Shown piece by piece: positions 47,530 to 59,456 of a DNA stretch of 64,000 bases. Positions within the stretch are counted from its first letter, which is position 1; every line of letters starts with the position of its first letter. Below the pieces are notes generated by a model that saw nothing but the letters and a program-made list of their open reading frames with translations, had not been told where the DNA came from and made no database searches. A program made the position numbers and the translations under genes. Source of the DNA: an uncultured Porphyromonas sp. (lineage in GTDB: Bacteria; Bacteroidota; Bacteroidia; Bacteroidales; Porphyromonadaceae); NCBI GenBank assembly GCA_964535945.1, contig CAZHWP010000001.1, positions 36,230 through 100,229 of the forward strand, in the 5' to 3' direction.

Positions 47530-49084
47530 AGACTACGCTGCGCTTGCCCCTAGGCTCTATGGATCTGGCTACGCTACGCTTCATGATGAGCTTTTGAGCC
47601 AAAGCCCAGCCCAGTACCTTGCCGCTGCCGAGAATTTCGCAGATTTGCAGGCAAGAGCACACCGCTTGAATGGCCATTGGGCTTATATCGAGGAGCGTGA
47701 CGACGCTATTTGGGCGGCTGTCGATCGTAGCTGTTCACGCCCTATCTATTACCGACAAACGGTGGAGGGAATCGAATTTAGTAGCAACGGCTACGATTTG
47801 CTTAGCTCTGGCGATGAGGTGGACGAGGATGCAGCTTTTTTCTTCCGTTACAAGGGCTTTTGCTCAGGTTCATCGACTCTTGCCAAGAGTATCAAGCGCA
47901 TTCCGCCTGGGCACTGTCTCTGTATGACTAGTGGAGGGAAGATCGAATTGTCTTCGTATTTTCCCTGTGGAGGCGAGCTGCTCGATATTAGCTACTACGA
48001 TGCCAAAGAGATGGCGAAGCAAATGCTGATGCAGGCGGCCGGACGATTTTTGAAACTGATAGGCAATCGACCTATGATCTTGCTGCTTTCGGCTGGCCTA
48101 GATTCACGCTTTGTGGCCTATGCTTTAGCCGCAGCTGGTAAGTCCGATCAGGTGCTTGCTCTTACCTACGGCCGTCCCGACGATAAGAACCCCGAGCTGA
48201 AGAAGGCGCGATTGGTGGCGGAACGACTGGGCTTGAAGCACCGTTTTGTAAGTAGCTTGGGGTCTGAACCCGTACAGCCTTACCTATACGACGAGGAGTC
48301 GCTACGCTTCATAGACTATCTAAGTGGATTGGGATCGAGCTACTACTATCAAGACTACCGTCCCGCTAAGCAGCTACTTGCCGAGGGTGTACTGACGCCA
48401 GATACTTTTGTGCTGCCTGGGCATAAGGGCGATATGCTCGGAGGGGTAGATATGCTGTTTCATTTCTTGCATCAGGAGGTGAAAGATGAGCATCTAGCTT
48501 ATGCTTTGCTCAATTATGAGAAGTTCAACCAACAAGTAGCTGCAGGTGATAAGTCACGACTCTTTGAGTGTTTCCTCGATCTGCAGGGAGAGTATAATGA
48601 TAAGCATGCCTTCCAGCGTTACGAACGCTTTTTCGAAACCGAGCAAGCACCCAAATATACTTTCAATAGCTCCCGTGCATGGCGTTACTTTGGTGCCGAG
48701 CCAGCTCTGCTATTCGATGATATTGAGCTTAGCCAGTTCTTTTACAATCTCCCCTTCGAGTATCGTTGGGGCAAACGCATCTACTTCGAGGCGCTGCGCG
48801 ATCTGTTTCAAGAGAAGTCTGTAAGCTTTGCCGACGATCGCGATCTGCTCCGCACGCTTAGCTCGCCCAGTCGTCGCATCAAAAACTTATTGCGTCCGCT
48901 ATTGGATCCTTTGCTAGCCAAGCGGTCTATGTGGCGCTACGATCCTATGGGATTTAAGCAGCTGATGGCCCCGATGCCAGCCGTTGTGGCGAAAGATGGG
49001 CGCTTCAAGCCTGCTACTATCAATGGTCTCTCCTTTGCTTGGAACTACCTGCGTGCCGAGACGAAGATCAGAGAGGCTCGCTGA
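47504..49084 (+). CDS. Asparagine synthase-related amidotransferase, probably for glycan amidation (WbpS-like)
   Basis: LLLSAGLDSR ATP-pyrophosphatase loop, LPGHKGD and a degenerate Ntn domain (AVDRSCSRPIYY). Translationally overlaps the flippase. Confidence 0.75.
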   Translation: MTLKVYDNKDYAALAPRLYGSGYATLHDELLSQSPAQYLAAAENFADLQARAHRLNGHWAYIEERDDAIWAAVDRSCSRPIYYRQTVEGIEFSSNGYDLLSSGDEVDEDAAFFFRYKGFCSGSSTLAKSIKRIPPGHCLCMTSGGKIELSSYFPCGGELLDISYYDAKEMAKQMLMQAAGRFLKLIGNRPMILLLSAGLDSRFVAYALAAAGKSDQVLALTYGRPDDKNPELKKARLVAERLGLKHRFVSSLGSEPVQPYLYDEESLRFIDYLSGLGSSYYYQDYRPAKQLLAEGVLTPDTFVLPGHKGDMLGGVDMLFHFLHQEVKDEHLAYALLNYEKFNQQVAAGDKSRLFECFLDLQGEYNDKHAFQRYERFFETEQAPKYTFNSSRAWRYFGAEPALLFDDIELSQFFYNLPFEYRWGKRIYFEALRDLFQEKSVSFADDRDLLRTLSSPSRRIKNLLRPLLDPLLAKRSMWRYDPMGFKQLMAPMPAVVAKDGRFKPATINGLSFAWNYLRAETKIREAR

Positions 49085-49122
49085 TTAACTTATCTGTTGA
49101 GCTGCCGACAATAGATCTCGGG

Positions 49123-50109
49123 CTACTCGATGTCGAAGCCAAATAGTTGTGCAATGAGCTTGATAAGTAGAGCTAAGCTACCGAGGCTGAATATGAGGAG
49201 GAAGAATAGACGAAGGTACTGCGTAAGTACACGACGGAGTGTGCCCCAAAATCCATATCCAAATAGCTGCTTATAGGCATAGATCTGAATGAGTAGCACC
49301 CAGAGGATGGGTGCGTCGAAGAGGTCATTGAGGTCTCTTTTTCCAAAGAGTAGCAGCCCGATGATGGAAATGAAGCTGACAGCGCTGAGTAGGTATGACT
49401 GGAGTATAGTCCATTCGGCCCAACTGTATCCCATCTCACGGCTTTTCTTTAGAAAACTCCAACGCCCCGAAATGATGTAGAGAGGCAGCATGGCAATGAT
49501 CTTGAGTGCGATGCTCTTTTGCCAAGTGCTGTTGATGAATGCGATGCTAGCTTTCAGTTTGCTGCCGAAGGCAATTTTTTCTCCAATCTGTTTCAGGCCT
49601 AGGAGATTGGACTCGTCTGTCGCAAGGTCGATACCCATCAGTTGGGTGAGGATATAGTAAAGGGCCGAGAGGAGAAATAGCAATTCGAAGGGGTGGAGGT
49701 AACGACTGCGCTTGCCATTGAGGAAGTCGCGTATCATGTAGCCAGGCCGAATGAGCAGGTCTTTGATGCTGCGCAAAAAGCGCGTGTCAACATTGGTAAA
49801 AGCGTAGAACAGGCTACGCAGGCTATCGTTTCGCTCGAGGCGGTTTTTCTCGATAGACTGTCCGCAATTGGAGCAATAGCGCCCATCGAGCTTTTGTCCA
49901 CAATTGAGACAGTCCTGAGCTTCTACTTGTAAGGGTTTGGGTGCAGCATCGCCAGCTTTTATCTTGCTTCCGATTCTTGCTCTAAAATCCCTATACCTAG
50001 TACCCCAAGCTGCACATTTACGCGTTAGTTGTCTGCTACTTAGTCTGAGCCTCGTTGTCGACCGCGCCCAAAGACTTCGGCTTTTCTTATGCTTTGTATG
50101 TGCAGGCAT
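49123..50109 (-). CDS. DUF3667 domain membrane protein
   Basis: CLNCG...YCSNCGQ zinc motif, then LLIRPGYMIRDFLNGKR..Y.HP and TM helices. Confidence 0.85.
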   Translation of the reverse strand: MPAHTKHKKSRSLWARSTTRLRLSSRQLTRKCAAWGTRYRDFRARIGSKIKAGDAAPKPLQVEAQDCLNCGQKLDGRYCSNCGQSIEKNRLERNDSLRSLFYAFTNVDTRFLRSIKDLLIRPGYMIRDFLNGKRSRYLHPFELLFLLSALYYILTQLMGIDLATDESNLLGLKQIGEKIAFGSKLKASIAFINSTWQKSIALKIIAMLPLYIISGRWSFLKKSREMGYSWAEWTILQSYLLSAVSFISIIGLLLFGKRDLNDLFDAPILWVLLIQIYAYKQLFGYGFWGTLRRVLTQYLRLFFLLIFSLGSLALLIKLIAQLFGFDIE

Positions 50110-50125
50110 GAGCTACTTTCACCGC

Positions 50126-52024
50126 TTAGGGCTGTATTGTTTCGTTGTTGTTGCTGGTCTCGCTAGCTGTCTCTTTGCTGCTTGCCTGATTGTACTTTGC
50201 AGGGATGGTTATCTCTGATCCATCGCGCTTGGCATAATAGTGCGGCGACATGATCTCGATACCTCGTTCGTTGAAGACGTCAAGTATATTTTCGAATAGA
50301 GAAGTTAATACTCCCGATTGCCTGTTTGCCTCGTGGGTATAAACCGATAGTTTATATTCGATGTAGAAGTCTTGTAGTTTACTTTGCGTAACGAATGGTG
50401 CAGGCGATTTGAGCACAAACTTGCTGCGATTTGCCGCTTCTATCAAGGCTGCATAGACGTCGGGCCAAGGCACATCATAGCCAATGCTAATGTCTGCCGT
50501 TAGTATGAGTCCGCTTTTATTGGCATACGAGTTGTAATTGATCGTGTTTACTGCGAGCACCGTCGAGTTGGGAATTGTTATCTCTTCATTTTTGATGGTT
50601 CGTAGTCGGGTAACAAGTAGATTCTTCTCGACCACATCGCCCGAAATATCTCCAATACGAATACGATCACCCTGTTTGAAGGGCCTCATATAAGTAATTA
50701 CCAAGCCAGCCACCATATTGGCAATGGCCGATGATGAACCGAGCGAGAAGAGAATACCAATAAATACCGAAACCCCTTTGAAAATATCCGAATCGGAGCC
50801 TGGTAGATACGGAAATATCATGATGAAGGTAAAGGCGTAGAAAAGGAAGCGCACGATGCTATAGGTGGGCATGGCCCAGTCGCGATGGAAGCCTCCAATT
50901 TTGAGCTTGCCCGATTCGATCTCGCCAAAAATGTACTTCACAAAGCGTAGTAGGTAGCGCATCACGAAGAGGATGACCAGAATGGTGAAAACATTCGGAA
51001 GGTAGTCCCATACGGCCTTGCCGAGCTTGCTAAAGGGTCTGAAGAGTAGTCCAAACAAATCATCGCTCCAGCCCCGAGTAAAGGGGAATATGCTCAGCGT
51101 GATAGGAATAAGTAGATAGAGTAATATGAGTATCGCTAACCAACGTAGGGCATTGATGAATAGGTTGATAATCCGCAACTCTTGCTCGGCCGATAGAAAG
51201 GTGTAATCTTTGTAGCTGAGATCTTTAAGCCAAGTTTCCTTTTTCTGAGCAATGAAGGCTTCTAGGCGGCGGAAAGCAAAGCTAATAAGCTTAATCAGTA
51301 TTGCTCCGATGAGTAAAGTAAGAAGCACCAAGCCAATGCGAGTAAGCATACGAGGAAGGCTGTTTTCGATGGTGGCATTGCGTATCGATTGGTCAATCAG
51401 CATGCTATACTCATCGGCCAGCGCCTTGGTTTCGCTGTTGCTCCAGATAGCATCGGTGTTTGTAACCGTCATCAGTATGTCTTCGCCACAGGTAATGTCG
51501 TAATACTGGTCTGTTTCTTCTGCTTTTAGTGAGTCTTTTCTTAAGGCGTCGTTTTTGTAAATTCGTTCGATGCGACTAGTTATTACATTTGCTCTGTCTT
51601 TGGCTGAGTATGATCCTAGCCTGGCGTAGAGTACGAATATGGTGTCATTGAGAGGCCCTATTACGGGATATCCTACCGCTGTTGCTCGTAGCGAATCCAC
51701 TCGGGCTTTGCGTACCGCATAACGATCGCGCTCTCGCTGCTCGATACTCTGCAATTTTTGCAGTATCTCCTCTTTCTTGAGATTGTCGGTCGTTTTTAGC
51801 GAAGCTAGTTGCTCCTCCAACTTTGCACGATTTACGGAGTCTGACAGCCTCTGTTTTTCAATGCTCTCGAGTTGCTCTTTGTATTGTGCAAGCATCTCGG
51901 CATTGGTCGAGTCGGCCACTATTGCAGCTTGTTCCGTTTGGTCTATTTGAGTTGTGTCTGCTTGCGCTTGGGATAATTGAGGAATCATCCAAAGGAGTAG
52001 GAATAGGGCGTAGAATCTCTTCAT
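50126..52024 (-). CDS. mscS: Mechanosensitive ion channel (MscS family) with a large N-terminal domain
   Basis: SLGSSSAIANMVAG, RPFKQGDRIRIG and ITIPNS motifs. Signal-like N-terminus begins at ATG 52024; -7 promoter at 52146-52153. Confidence 0.88.
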   Translation of the reverse strand: MKRFYALFLLLWMIPQLSQAQADTTQIDQTEQAAIVADSTNAEMLAQYKEQLESIEKQRLSDSVNRAKLEEQLASLKTTDNLKKEEILQKLQSIEQRERDRYAVRKARVDSLRATAVGYPVIGPLNDTIFVLYARLGSYSAKDRANVITSRIERIYKNDALRKDSLKAEETDQYYDITCGEDILMTVTNTDAIWSNSETKALADEYSMLIDQSIRNATIENSLPRMLTRIGLVLLTLLIGAILIKLISFAFRRLEAFIAQKKETWLKDLSYKDYTFLSAEQELRIINLFINALRWLAILILLYLLIPITLSIFPFTRGWSDDLFGLLFRPFSKLGKAVWDYLPNVFTILVILFVMRYLLRFVKYIFGEIESGKLKIGGFHRDWAMPTYSIVRFLFYAFTFIMIFPYLPGSDSDIFKGVSVFIGILFSLGSSSAIANMVAGLVITYMRPFKQGDRIRIGDISGDVVEKNLLVTRLRTIKNEEITIPNSTVLAVNTINYNSYANKSGLILTADISIGYDVPWPDVYAALIEAANRSKFVLKSPAPFVTQSKLQDFYIEYKLSVYTHEANRQSGVLTSLFENILDVFNERGIEIMSPHYYAKRDGSEITIPAKYNQASSKETASETSNNNETIQP

Positions 52025-52981
52025 AGGTGTTTTCGTGTGCTTTGTTCTTTGCTCGTGGAGCTTGCATTTGTCATTTCGGTGCTCAATCTCCTTGCATATC
52101 AAAAAGTATGAACGCTCCTTAATTAGGATGCTTTTTGCATAAAAACAAAGATAATGAAAAATTGAGACGAAAAGAGCAAATTCCTTAACTCTCTCAAAAT
52201 GCTAAAGCGGAGATCTTATCCAATCGTCGTCAAATTTGCTGAAAGGACGTATTTGTCTGTTATTATGGCTTTTGAAATGTGGTCTAGTTAATACGTTCAG
52301 TTATTAAATAGTCTAGTAAAAATTCTTCGATATTTGGGTAAATTTACATATTTTGTGCTACTTTCCGATTTGTAGACAGAACCATTGTTGCATTTTATTT
52401 CTGGGTATTCTCCACAAAAGTCCTTGTTTATGATACAAAAGTTGAATTTGTATCATTTTTCGACCTGATTTTTTAATCCGTTGATATATAGTTGCTTGCG
52501 CATATACTGCGTGATTCCGACAAATCATTTGTATAAAATATTTACATGTAAGCTTGGTTTTGCATACTAATTGCGTAGTTTTACTATTGCGACTATGGAT
52601 ATTAATTCGAACTTTGTGATACAGAGACGATAGAAAATAATATTAAGTTTTGTGGGTGTTAAAAGATTCTTTTAACCTAAGCGAAGATTAGTTGGAGAGC
52701 CAAGTATAGCTTAGGATCAAAAATGTAGACCTGTTGTATTGATTGAGCAAATTGCCATTCAGTATTTTTGCTTAGTCGTGCTCCGATGGTGTAGTCCTGA
52801 ATGTACATCATAATGGAGTAATACAACTTTTTGATGGGGAGCACAGCCGCTAGTGATAGTAGCTGTGCTCAATTTTTTTTGAGTGGTCGCATGGATAAAG
52901 CTTGGCTTAGAATACGCGAGCGATAAGCGCCTTTTGCGATTTGTGGTTCTATTGATTGTTTCTGAATTCTAAATCGGGATC

Positions 52982-53887
52982 CTATTTTATTTTTGAAGTT
53001 TTGCTGAGTCGATTGGCCAGATACAATAGCTTGTATACTGAAAAGAGTTTTAGATTGGGTGACGTACCAGTAAGGTTTTTCTCTATCGCTGAGCTGAGAA
53101 GCTTCCAAGCAACGGATAGAACTGACGCAAGTCCCAGTCGTTTTAGTCGATTGTACGTGTTTAGTACCTTCACCAACCCGTTAAAGCGCTCTTCGTGAGC
53201 AGCCAAATTGTCGATATAGCGCCGCGTTGTGGCTAAGAATTGCTCAGGCGTATCATCGTGGTAATGTAAGACTGGGTTATCTATATGTAGAATACCTACG
53301 CCAGCCTTGCCGAGAGCTTCTCCAAAGAGCAAATCTTCGTATCCCATACCCATAGCTGCTGGGAATCCGTGCTTAAGCATCAACTCTCGATCTATCATAA
53401 ATGCCATTGAAATAAAGCCTTGATGAGGGCTTAGATTACGTTGCTTTGCGCTTTTACTTTCTACTTCAGTTCCGTATTTATAACGCAGGGGATTGCTCTG
53501 CAACTCTGGGTAGATAAAGCCGCCACAAACCAAGGCATCTGCTTGAGCAGCTTCGAGGTAACGCTCTAAGAACTGCGAGTCGGCAGGAAGTGTGTCGGAG
53601 TCGAGGATAAGCAATTGTTCTTTAACAGCCTCTTGGCTCAGTCGATTGCGCAGCAAGCCTGCCCCCATGTTTTGAGGAGCCTCGAAGAGTATACAAAGCC
53701 CCCTCTCGGCATAGTCTCGATAGATTCCATCGAAAGGTTCACCCGAGCAGTCATTGCCAAGGATGATTTCGTAATCCAAATCGAGCGCTTCTGCTTGGCT
53801 TTTCAAGGCTCGTAGCAAATCTTCACATGGATAGCGATAGACAGGTATTAATATAGATACCGAGGGCAAATACTTGGGTTGAGTCAT
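52982..53887 (-). CDS. Glycosyltransferase family 2
   Basis: VSILIPVY, NDCS, LILDSD (DxD) and YEDL motifs. Confidence 0.88.
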   Translation of the reverse strand: MTQPKYLPSVSILIPVYRYPCEDLLRALKSQAEALDLDYEIILGNDCSGEPFDGIYRDYAERGLCILFEAPQNMGAGLLRNRLSQEAVKEQLLILDSDTLPADSQFLERYLEAAQADALVCGGFIYPELQSNPLRYKYGTEVESKSAKQRNLSPHQGFISMAFMIDRELMLKHGFPAAMGMGYEDLLFGEALGKAGVGILHIDNPVLHYHDDTPEQFLATTRRYIDNLAAHEERFNGLVKVLNTYNRLKRLGLASVLSVAWKLLSSAIEKNLTGTSPNLKLFSVYKLLYLANRLSKTSKIK

Positions 53888-53932
53888 TGCTTTTTATGTG
53901 TAGATGGAGATTCCAATAGATCGCTTACTTAT

Positions 53933-55099
53933 TTATAGAATGGCGTACATGCCTCCTGGTAGTGCTTGTATTAAACCATCTAGCTCAAGTTCGAAGAGCT
54001 CGGTACTAATTTCGTTGATGCTTAGTCCCGTCTCTTTTACTATTTGGTTTATGCTGGCACTACCATGACGCTTTAGGCAGGCTGCCAGTGGCGTATCGGG
54101 CAACTGATCGCCTGCAAATACTAAATCTGTTTGTTCGGCCTTTTCTTGTTTTTGCTCTTTGTAGCCCAGTACTTCCAGTATATCGGCTGCATTGAATACC
54201 AAGCTGGCAATTTGCTTCTTTATCAGATCATTGCACCCAGCCGAGTATTTGTCGGTAGTTCTGCCTGGCACGGCCATTACCTCTCTGTTGTAGTCGTGTG
54301 CCAATCGGGCAGTGATGAGCGAACCTCCTTTTGCCGCCGACTCAATGATGAGTGTGGCGTCCGATAGCCCAGCTACGATGCGATTTCGGCTAACGAAGTT
54401 GAATCGGTCTGGATTGGTACCACTCGGGTAGCTCGTAAGCAAGCCACCGCAGTCGAGCATCCGTCTGGCGTCATTGCGATGGATGGCTGGGTAGATTCGA
54501 TCGAGACCGTGGGCTAAAACCCCGATAGTGGGTAGGCCGTGAGCCAAGGCGGCTCGGTGGGCAGCGATGTCGGTGCCATAGGCCAAGCCACTTATGATTA
54601 CAAGTTCGGGCAATGCTTGCGAAAGATCGGCAATGAGGCTTTCAACGAGCGAGTTGCCGTAGGGGGTGAGGTTGCGAGTACCGACTATACTTAACATCTG
54701 AGGGCTGTCGAGTGGGCTCTTACCTTTTGAGTAGAGCAGAATAGGAGCATCGATACATTGACGCAGGCGTTCGGGATAGTTCGCATCCGCTATGAAGTGC
54801 ATCTCTACGCCATGTCGCTTTATCCAGTCGAGTTCTCGCTTGGCTTGCTCCATGACGCTGGGGGAATAGATGGCGTCGAGCAGACGCTGTGCAGACCTCT
54901 TATTCAGCTTTTGCCTTAGAGCCTCGCGGTCGGCGAAGATTTGTTCGGGGCTGCCACAGAGCTCCAAGAGGTGCCCAGCAATGGCATAGCCCACACCTTT
55001 TACCAAGGTGAGGGCTATCCGAGAGAGCTCTTGCTCTTCGCTGAGTTGAATATGATTTGGCCGATTAGCTGTTTCGCTCCTCAATCCACTCATAAGCAT
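53933..55099 (-). CDS. dprA: DNA-processing protein DprA
   Basis: [27 protein letters not shown] and GGSLITA motifs, with a C-terminal wHTH. Confidence 0.95.
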   Translation of the reverse strand: MLMSGLRSETANRPNHIQLSEEQELSRIALTLVKGVGYAIAGHLLELCGSPEQIFADREALRQKLNKRSAQRLLDAIYSPSVMEQAKRELDWIKRHGVEMHFIADANYPERLRQCIDAPILLYSKGKSPLDSPQMLSIVGTRNLTPYGNSLVESLIADLSQALPELVIISGLAYGTDIAAHRAALAHGLPTIGVLAHGLDRIYPAIHRNDARRMLDCGGLLTSYPSGTNPDRFNFVSRNRIVAGLSDATLIIESAAKGGSLITARLAHDYNREVMAVPGRTTDKYSAGCNDLIKKQIASLVFNAADILEVLGYKEQKQEKAEQTDLVFAGDQLPDTPLAACLKRHGSASINQIVKETGLSINEISTELFELELDGLIQALPGGMYAIL

Positions 55100-58000
55100 T
55101 TCTAAAGGCTTGCATCCAAGGACTTACGTCATCTTGGCGTTTGTCTTCAGGGTAATATGCACATTGCCAAGGGAAAATGCTTCGCTCTGGGTGAGGCATC
55201 ATGGCGAGGTGGCGGCCATCGTGACTAGCAAGTGCGGCGATGGCATGTGGCGATCCATTGGGGTTGGCAGGATAGCCATCGTAGAGGTACTTGGCTGCTA
55301 CGTGATACTCTTTCAGGGGCATAGGTAGTTCGAAGCGTCCCTCGCCATGCGAGCACCAAACACCAATCTTGCAACCCGCTAAGTTGCCAAGCATCACCGA
55401 GTGGTTGCTTGGGATCTCTAGTGTCAAGAAGCTGCTCTCGAGTTTCTTCGACTCATTATGCAGCATCTTGTGCTTCTTCTCGTGATCGGGGTATAGCAAT
55501 TCGAGCTCGGCTACGAGCTGACATCCATTACACACACCGAAGCTAAGTGTATCTGGGCGACTGTAGAATTTGTCAATTGCGGCCTTTGCACGTTCGTTGT
55601 GCAAGATGCCTGCAGCCCAACCCTTTGCCGATCCTAATACGTCGCTATTGGAGAAACCTCCGCCAAATGCCAAGAAGTGAACGTCTTCTAAGGTTTCGCG
55701 GCCGCTAATCAGGTCTGTGAGGTGTACGTCTTTGACGTCAAAGCCAGCAAGGAATAGCGCGTAGGCCAGCTCACGCTCGCCATTGGTACCCTTGTCTCTG
55801 ATTACTGCAGCACGAATGCCCGTCGCTTTTTTGCGGTCTGGGTCTAGCTTTAAGCAAGCATAAGATCCATCAAAGCCTTTCGGCATGCGGAATTCAATTG
55901 GCTGTAGTTTGTAGTTTTCGAAGCGATTGCCTGCATGCAGCTGTCCGCTCTGCTCACGATCGAGCAGATACGATGAGTGGAACCACACGTCGCGCTTGTG
56001 ATCGATTCCGAAGAGGTATTCAGCTCCATCCTTTTTGATTATCAGCTGGCGTTCTTTGCTAAGCTTAGCGATAGCTAAGAAGCCTACACCAGCATCGTTG
56101 AGTATCTTTTCGGCACGCTTACGATCCTTTATTTGTAAGATGACACCAGGATTTTCGGCAAATAGAATCTTGATGAGATCCTCTTCGGCTATTTGATCTA
56201 AGTTGATATCCAAGCCGCCCTCTACATTGGCAAAGCACATTTCCAACAAGCAAGTAATCATACCACCAGCAGAAATGTCATGACCAGCCAATACGAGGTC
56301 TTCTTTGATCAATTCTTGAACAGCTTCGAAGGCGTCGCGGAAATAGGCACTGTCATTAACAGTAGGAGCCTCGCTACCAATCTTTCCAAGACTTTGTGCA
56401 AAGGCCGATCCGCCCAATGCGAGAGGAGCAAAGCTAAAGTCTATATAGTAAAGCGATCCTCCTGCTGCATTGTTGATTACAGGGCTCACGATTTGCTTCA
56501 CGTTGCTCACTTCTCCAATGGCACTGATGATGACCGTACCTGGGCTAAGCACTTTTTCGTCGCCATACTTCTGAGTCATCGATAGCGAGTCTTTGCCAGT
56601 TGGGATATTGATGCCAAGATCTATAGCAAACTCCGAGCAGGCTTCTACAGCTTGGTAGAGGCGAGCGTCTTCGCCTGGGTTTTTGCAAGGCCACATCCAG
56701 TTTGCCGAGAGGCTAACACTATCAAGCCCTTGTGCAAGAGGAGCGAATACTATGTTTGTTAGAGCTTCGGCTATAGACATTACCGATCCCTTTCTGGCAT
56801 CGGCTAGTGCTACCTGAGGAGCGTGTCCGATAGAGGTGGCGATACCTGGTCCGCCCCGCATATCCAGAGCCATTGCTCCGAGGTCGCTCAGTGGTAGCTG
56901 TATCTCTCCTTGGCATTGCTGTCTTGCCACGCGGCCCGTTACCGAGCGGTCTACCTTATTGGTGAGCCAGTCTTTACATGCTACGGCTTCCATACGCAGC
57001 ACATTTTCGAGGTATTCATCGAGCTTGGCTAGTTCATAGCTAGGCATATTATAGCTGTGACTTACGGTTTCGTCCGTCATGATGGTGCGTGGAGGCTTGC
57101 CAAACATATCTTCGAGGCGAAGGTCTATCGGACGCTTTCCATTGTCTTTTTCGAATACCAAACGTCCATCGCCAGTGCTTTCGCCTACTACATACATAAG
57201 CGCTCTTTCGCGTTCGGCAATGCGTTCTATTGTGCCTAGGTCTTCTTGCTTCACGAGCATGCCCATACGCTCTTGACTCTCATTGCCAATGATTTCTTTT
57301 GCCGATAGGGTAGGGTCTCCTACGGGCAGTCTGTCGAGCTCGAAGTGTCCGCCGCTACCTTCTACCAGTTCAGACAGGCAGTTTAGGTGTCCTCCCGCTC
57401 CATGGTCGTGGATCGAGATTACAGGATTATTGTCGCTCTCGGCCAATGCGCGTACTACATTTTGCACGCGCTTTTGCATTTCGGGATTGGCTCGCTGCAC
57501 CGCATTTAGTTCTATGCTGTCGCTAAAGTGTCCAGTATCGACCGAGCTTACAGCTCCGCCTCCCATACCGATGCGGTAGTTGTCGCCACCCAGCATTACC
57601 ACCTTCTCTCCTGGCTCGGGCTGTCCTTTTAGGGCGTGTTCCTTGCGTGCGTATCCAATACCACCAGCGAGCATGATTACTTTGTCGAATCCGTAGCGGA
57701 TGGCATCCTTTGCTTCTTGATGTTCGAAGGTTAGTAGCGAACCCGTGATCAGAGGCTGTCCAAACTTGTTGCCGAAGTCACTTGCACCGTTTGAGGCCTT
57801 GGTAAGAATCTGCTGGGGAGTCTGATAGAGCCATTTGCGTGGTTTCATGTGGCTTTCGAATGGGCGCTCGCCATCTGTGCGGCTATAGGCTGTCATATAT
57901 ACTGCTGTACCAGCCAGAGGGATACTGCTGCGTCCGCCAGCCATACGGTCTCTGATTTCTCCACCAGTACCAGTGGCTGCTCCGTTGAAGGGCTCTACCG

Positions 58001-58760
58001 TCGTGGGGAAGTTGTGCGTCTCGGCCTTTAGGCTCAACACCGTATCTATCTCTTTGGTGAAGTAATAGTCTGGCTTATCGGCCGATAGTGGTGCAAATTG
58101 TTCGGCTTTTGGTCCCTCTACGAAGGCTACATTGTCTTTGTATGCCGATACGAGTCCGTTAGGGTTGGCTGCCGATGTCGATTTGATCATAGCAAAGAGG
58201 CTGCTCTCGCGCTCTTCGCCATCGATAATAAAGGTGCCCCCAAATATTTTATGCCTACTATGCTCCGAGTTTACCTGAGCAAAGCCAAAAAGCTCACTAT
58301 CGGTAAGTGCTCTTCCTAAGCGATTGCTTAGTTCCTTGAGGTATTCGATTTCGTCTTCACTCAGAGCCAAGCCTTCTTCTTGGTTGTAGGCCTCGATATC
58401 GTCGATTTCTTTGATTGCCTCAGGCTCTCTGTCTATACGGAAAAGGTCTTGACCCAATCCCTTGTAGAGCTCTTGTAGCATGGGGTCGTAGGTAGAGTGT
58501 TGGTCTTTGACGGCATAGAACTCTTCGATGCGAGTGATGCCAGCAACGTTCATGTTTTGTGTAATCTCCACCGCGTTGGTACTCCAAGGACTTACCATTT
58601 CGCGACGAGGTCCTACATAATATCCCGCTAGTTCAGACTCTTTACAGAGTTCGGCATTGGCAAAAAGCCATACCAAGCGCTCTAGTGCTTCTTTGCTAAA
58701 AGCTTCTTTGCTCTCTACTGCATAGATCGATCCTGTGGGGTGGCGAAAAAAACTAATCAT
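55065..58760 (-). CDS. purL: Phosphoribosylformylglycinamidine synthase (large fused form)
   Basis: [37 protein letters not shown] and MMPHPER motifs. Confidence 0.97.
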   Translation of the reverse strand: MISFFRHPTGSIYAVESKEAFSKEALERLVWLFANAELCKESELAGYYVGPRREMVSPWSTNAVEITQNMNVAGITRIEEFYAVKDQHSTYDPMLQELYKGLGQDLFRIDREPEAIKEIDDIEAYNQEEGLALSEDEIEYLKELSNRLGRALTDSELFGFAQVNSEHSRHKIFGGTFIIDGEERESSLFAMIKSTSAANPNGLVSAYKDNVAFVEGPKAEQFAPLSADKPDYYFTKEIDTVLSLKAETHNFPTTVEPFNGAATGTGGEIRDRMAGGRSSIPLAGTAVYMTAYSRTDGERPFESHMKPRKWLYQTPQQILTKASNGASDFGNKFGQPLITGSLLTFEHQEAKDAIRYGFDKVIMLAGGIGYARKEHALKGQPEPGEKVVMLGGDNYRIGMGGGAVSSVDTGHFSDSIELNAVQRANPEMQKRVQNVVRALAESDNNPVISIHDHGAGGHLNCLSELVEGSGGHFELDRLPVGDPTLSAKEIIGNESQERMGMLVKQEDLGTIERIAERERALMYVVGESTGDGRLVFEKDNGKRPIDLRLEDMFGKPPRTIMTDETVSHSYNMPSYELAKLDEYLENVLRMEAVACKDWLTNKVDRSVTGRVARQQCQGEIQLPLSDLGAMALDMRGGPGIATSIGHAPQVALADARKGSVMSIAEALTNIVFAPLAQGLDSVSLSANWMWPCKNPGEDARLYQAVEACSEFAIDLGINIPTGKDSLSMTQKYGDEKVLSPGTVIISAIGEVSNVKQIVSPVINNAAGGSLYYIDFSFAPLALGGSAFAQSLGKIGSEAPTVNDSAYFRDAFEAVQELIKEDLVLAGHDISAGGMITCLLEMCFANVEGGLDINLDQIAEEDLIKILFAENPGVILQIKDRKRAEKILNDAGVGFLAIAKLSKERQLIIKKDGAEYLFGIDHKRDVWFHSSYLLDREQSGQLHAGNRFENYKLQPIEFRMPKGFDGSYACLKLDPDRKKATGIRAAVIRDKGTNGERELAYALFLAGFDVKDVHLTDLISGRETLEDVHFLAFGGGFSNSDVLGSAKGWAAGILHNERAKAAIDKFYSRPDTLSFGVCNGCQLVAELELLYPDHEKKHKMLHNESKKLESSFLTLEIPSNHSVMLGNLAGCKIGVWCSHGEGRFELPMPLKEYHVAAKYLYDGYPANPNGSPHAIAALASHDGRHLAMMPHPERSIFPWQCAYYPEDKRQDDVSPWMQAFRNAYEWIEERNS

Positions 58761-58805
58761 ATTGGGGTCTATCGTTTGAGTAATTGTTTCTGTTATTAAT
58801 AGAGC

Positions 58806-59453
58806 TTATTGCTCTGTTTTTGTCTTCGACTTCCGACTCTGTTTTACGAAGATAAAGATCAGCGCTACTGCCACTATGGCGAGTATTGCATAGCCAATGA
58901 GGTGGCTGTAGCTATTTACCTTCTCGAGTAGTTGCTCGCGAGTGTTGATGCCTGGTACAAATGCCAGTGAGTAGCCAATGATGGCCAATACCACATTCCA
59001 AATACCTGCACCAATAGCTGTATAAAGAACAAACTTGCCGAAGCTCATCCGAGCCAGCCCTGCTGGGATCGAGATAAGCTGTCTGATGCCTGGTACCAAG
59101 CGGCCTACAAGGGTGGAGATAACACCGTTCTTATCGAAGTAGCGCTCGGCACGCTGCACCTTCTCTTCATTGAGTAAAAAGAGGCGTCCAACCTTGCTTT
59201 TTACAAATGCATAGACGATCGGTCTGCCCAGCCAAAGCGCAAGTGTGTAGTTGATCACTGCGCCGATTGCTGCTCCAAAAGTGGAGAAAGCCACCACCAA
59301 GTATACGTTTAGCTTCCCTTCGGTGGCAGCTAGGTAGGCTGCTGGTGGCACTACAACCTCCGAGGGGAAGGGTATGAACGAACTCTCTATGGTCATCAAG
59401 AGTGTGATGGTCCAGTAGTTGAGATTGTCCAGACACCATTCTATAAAGCCCAT
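58806..59453 (-). CDS. DedA family membrane protein
   Basis: ESSFIPFPSEVVVPPA and GRLVPGIRQLISIPAG motifs. Confidence 0.92.
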   Translation of the reverse strand: MGFIEWCLDNLNYWTITLLMTIESSFIPFPSEVVVPPAAYLAATEGKLNVYLVVAFSTFGAAIGAVINYTLALWLGRPIVYAFVKSKVGRLFLLNEEKVQRAERYFDKNGVISTLVGRLVPGIRQLISIPAGLARMSFGKFVLYTAIGAGIWNVVLAIIGYSLAFVPGINTREQLLEKVNSYSHLIGYAILAIVAVALIFIFVKQSRKSKTKTEQ

Positions 59454-59456
59454 AGC

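Noticed and set aside
52200-52700. Replication origin
   Set aside because: Only a few imperfect DnaA-box-like sites are present, gene orientation does not switch, and skew could not be computed.
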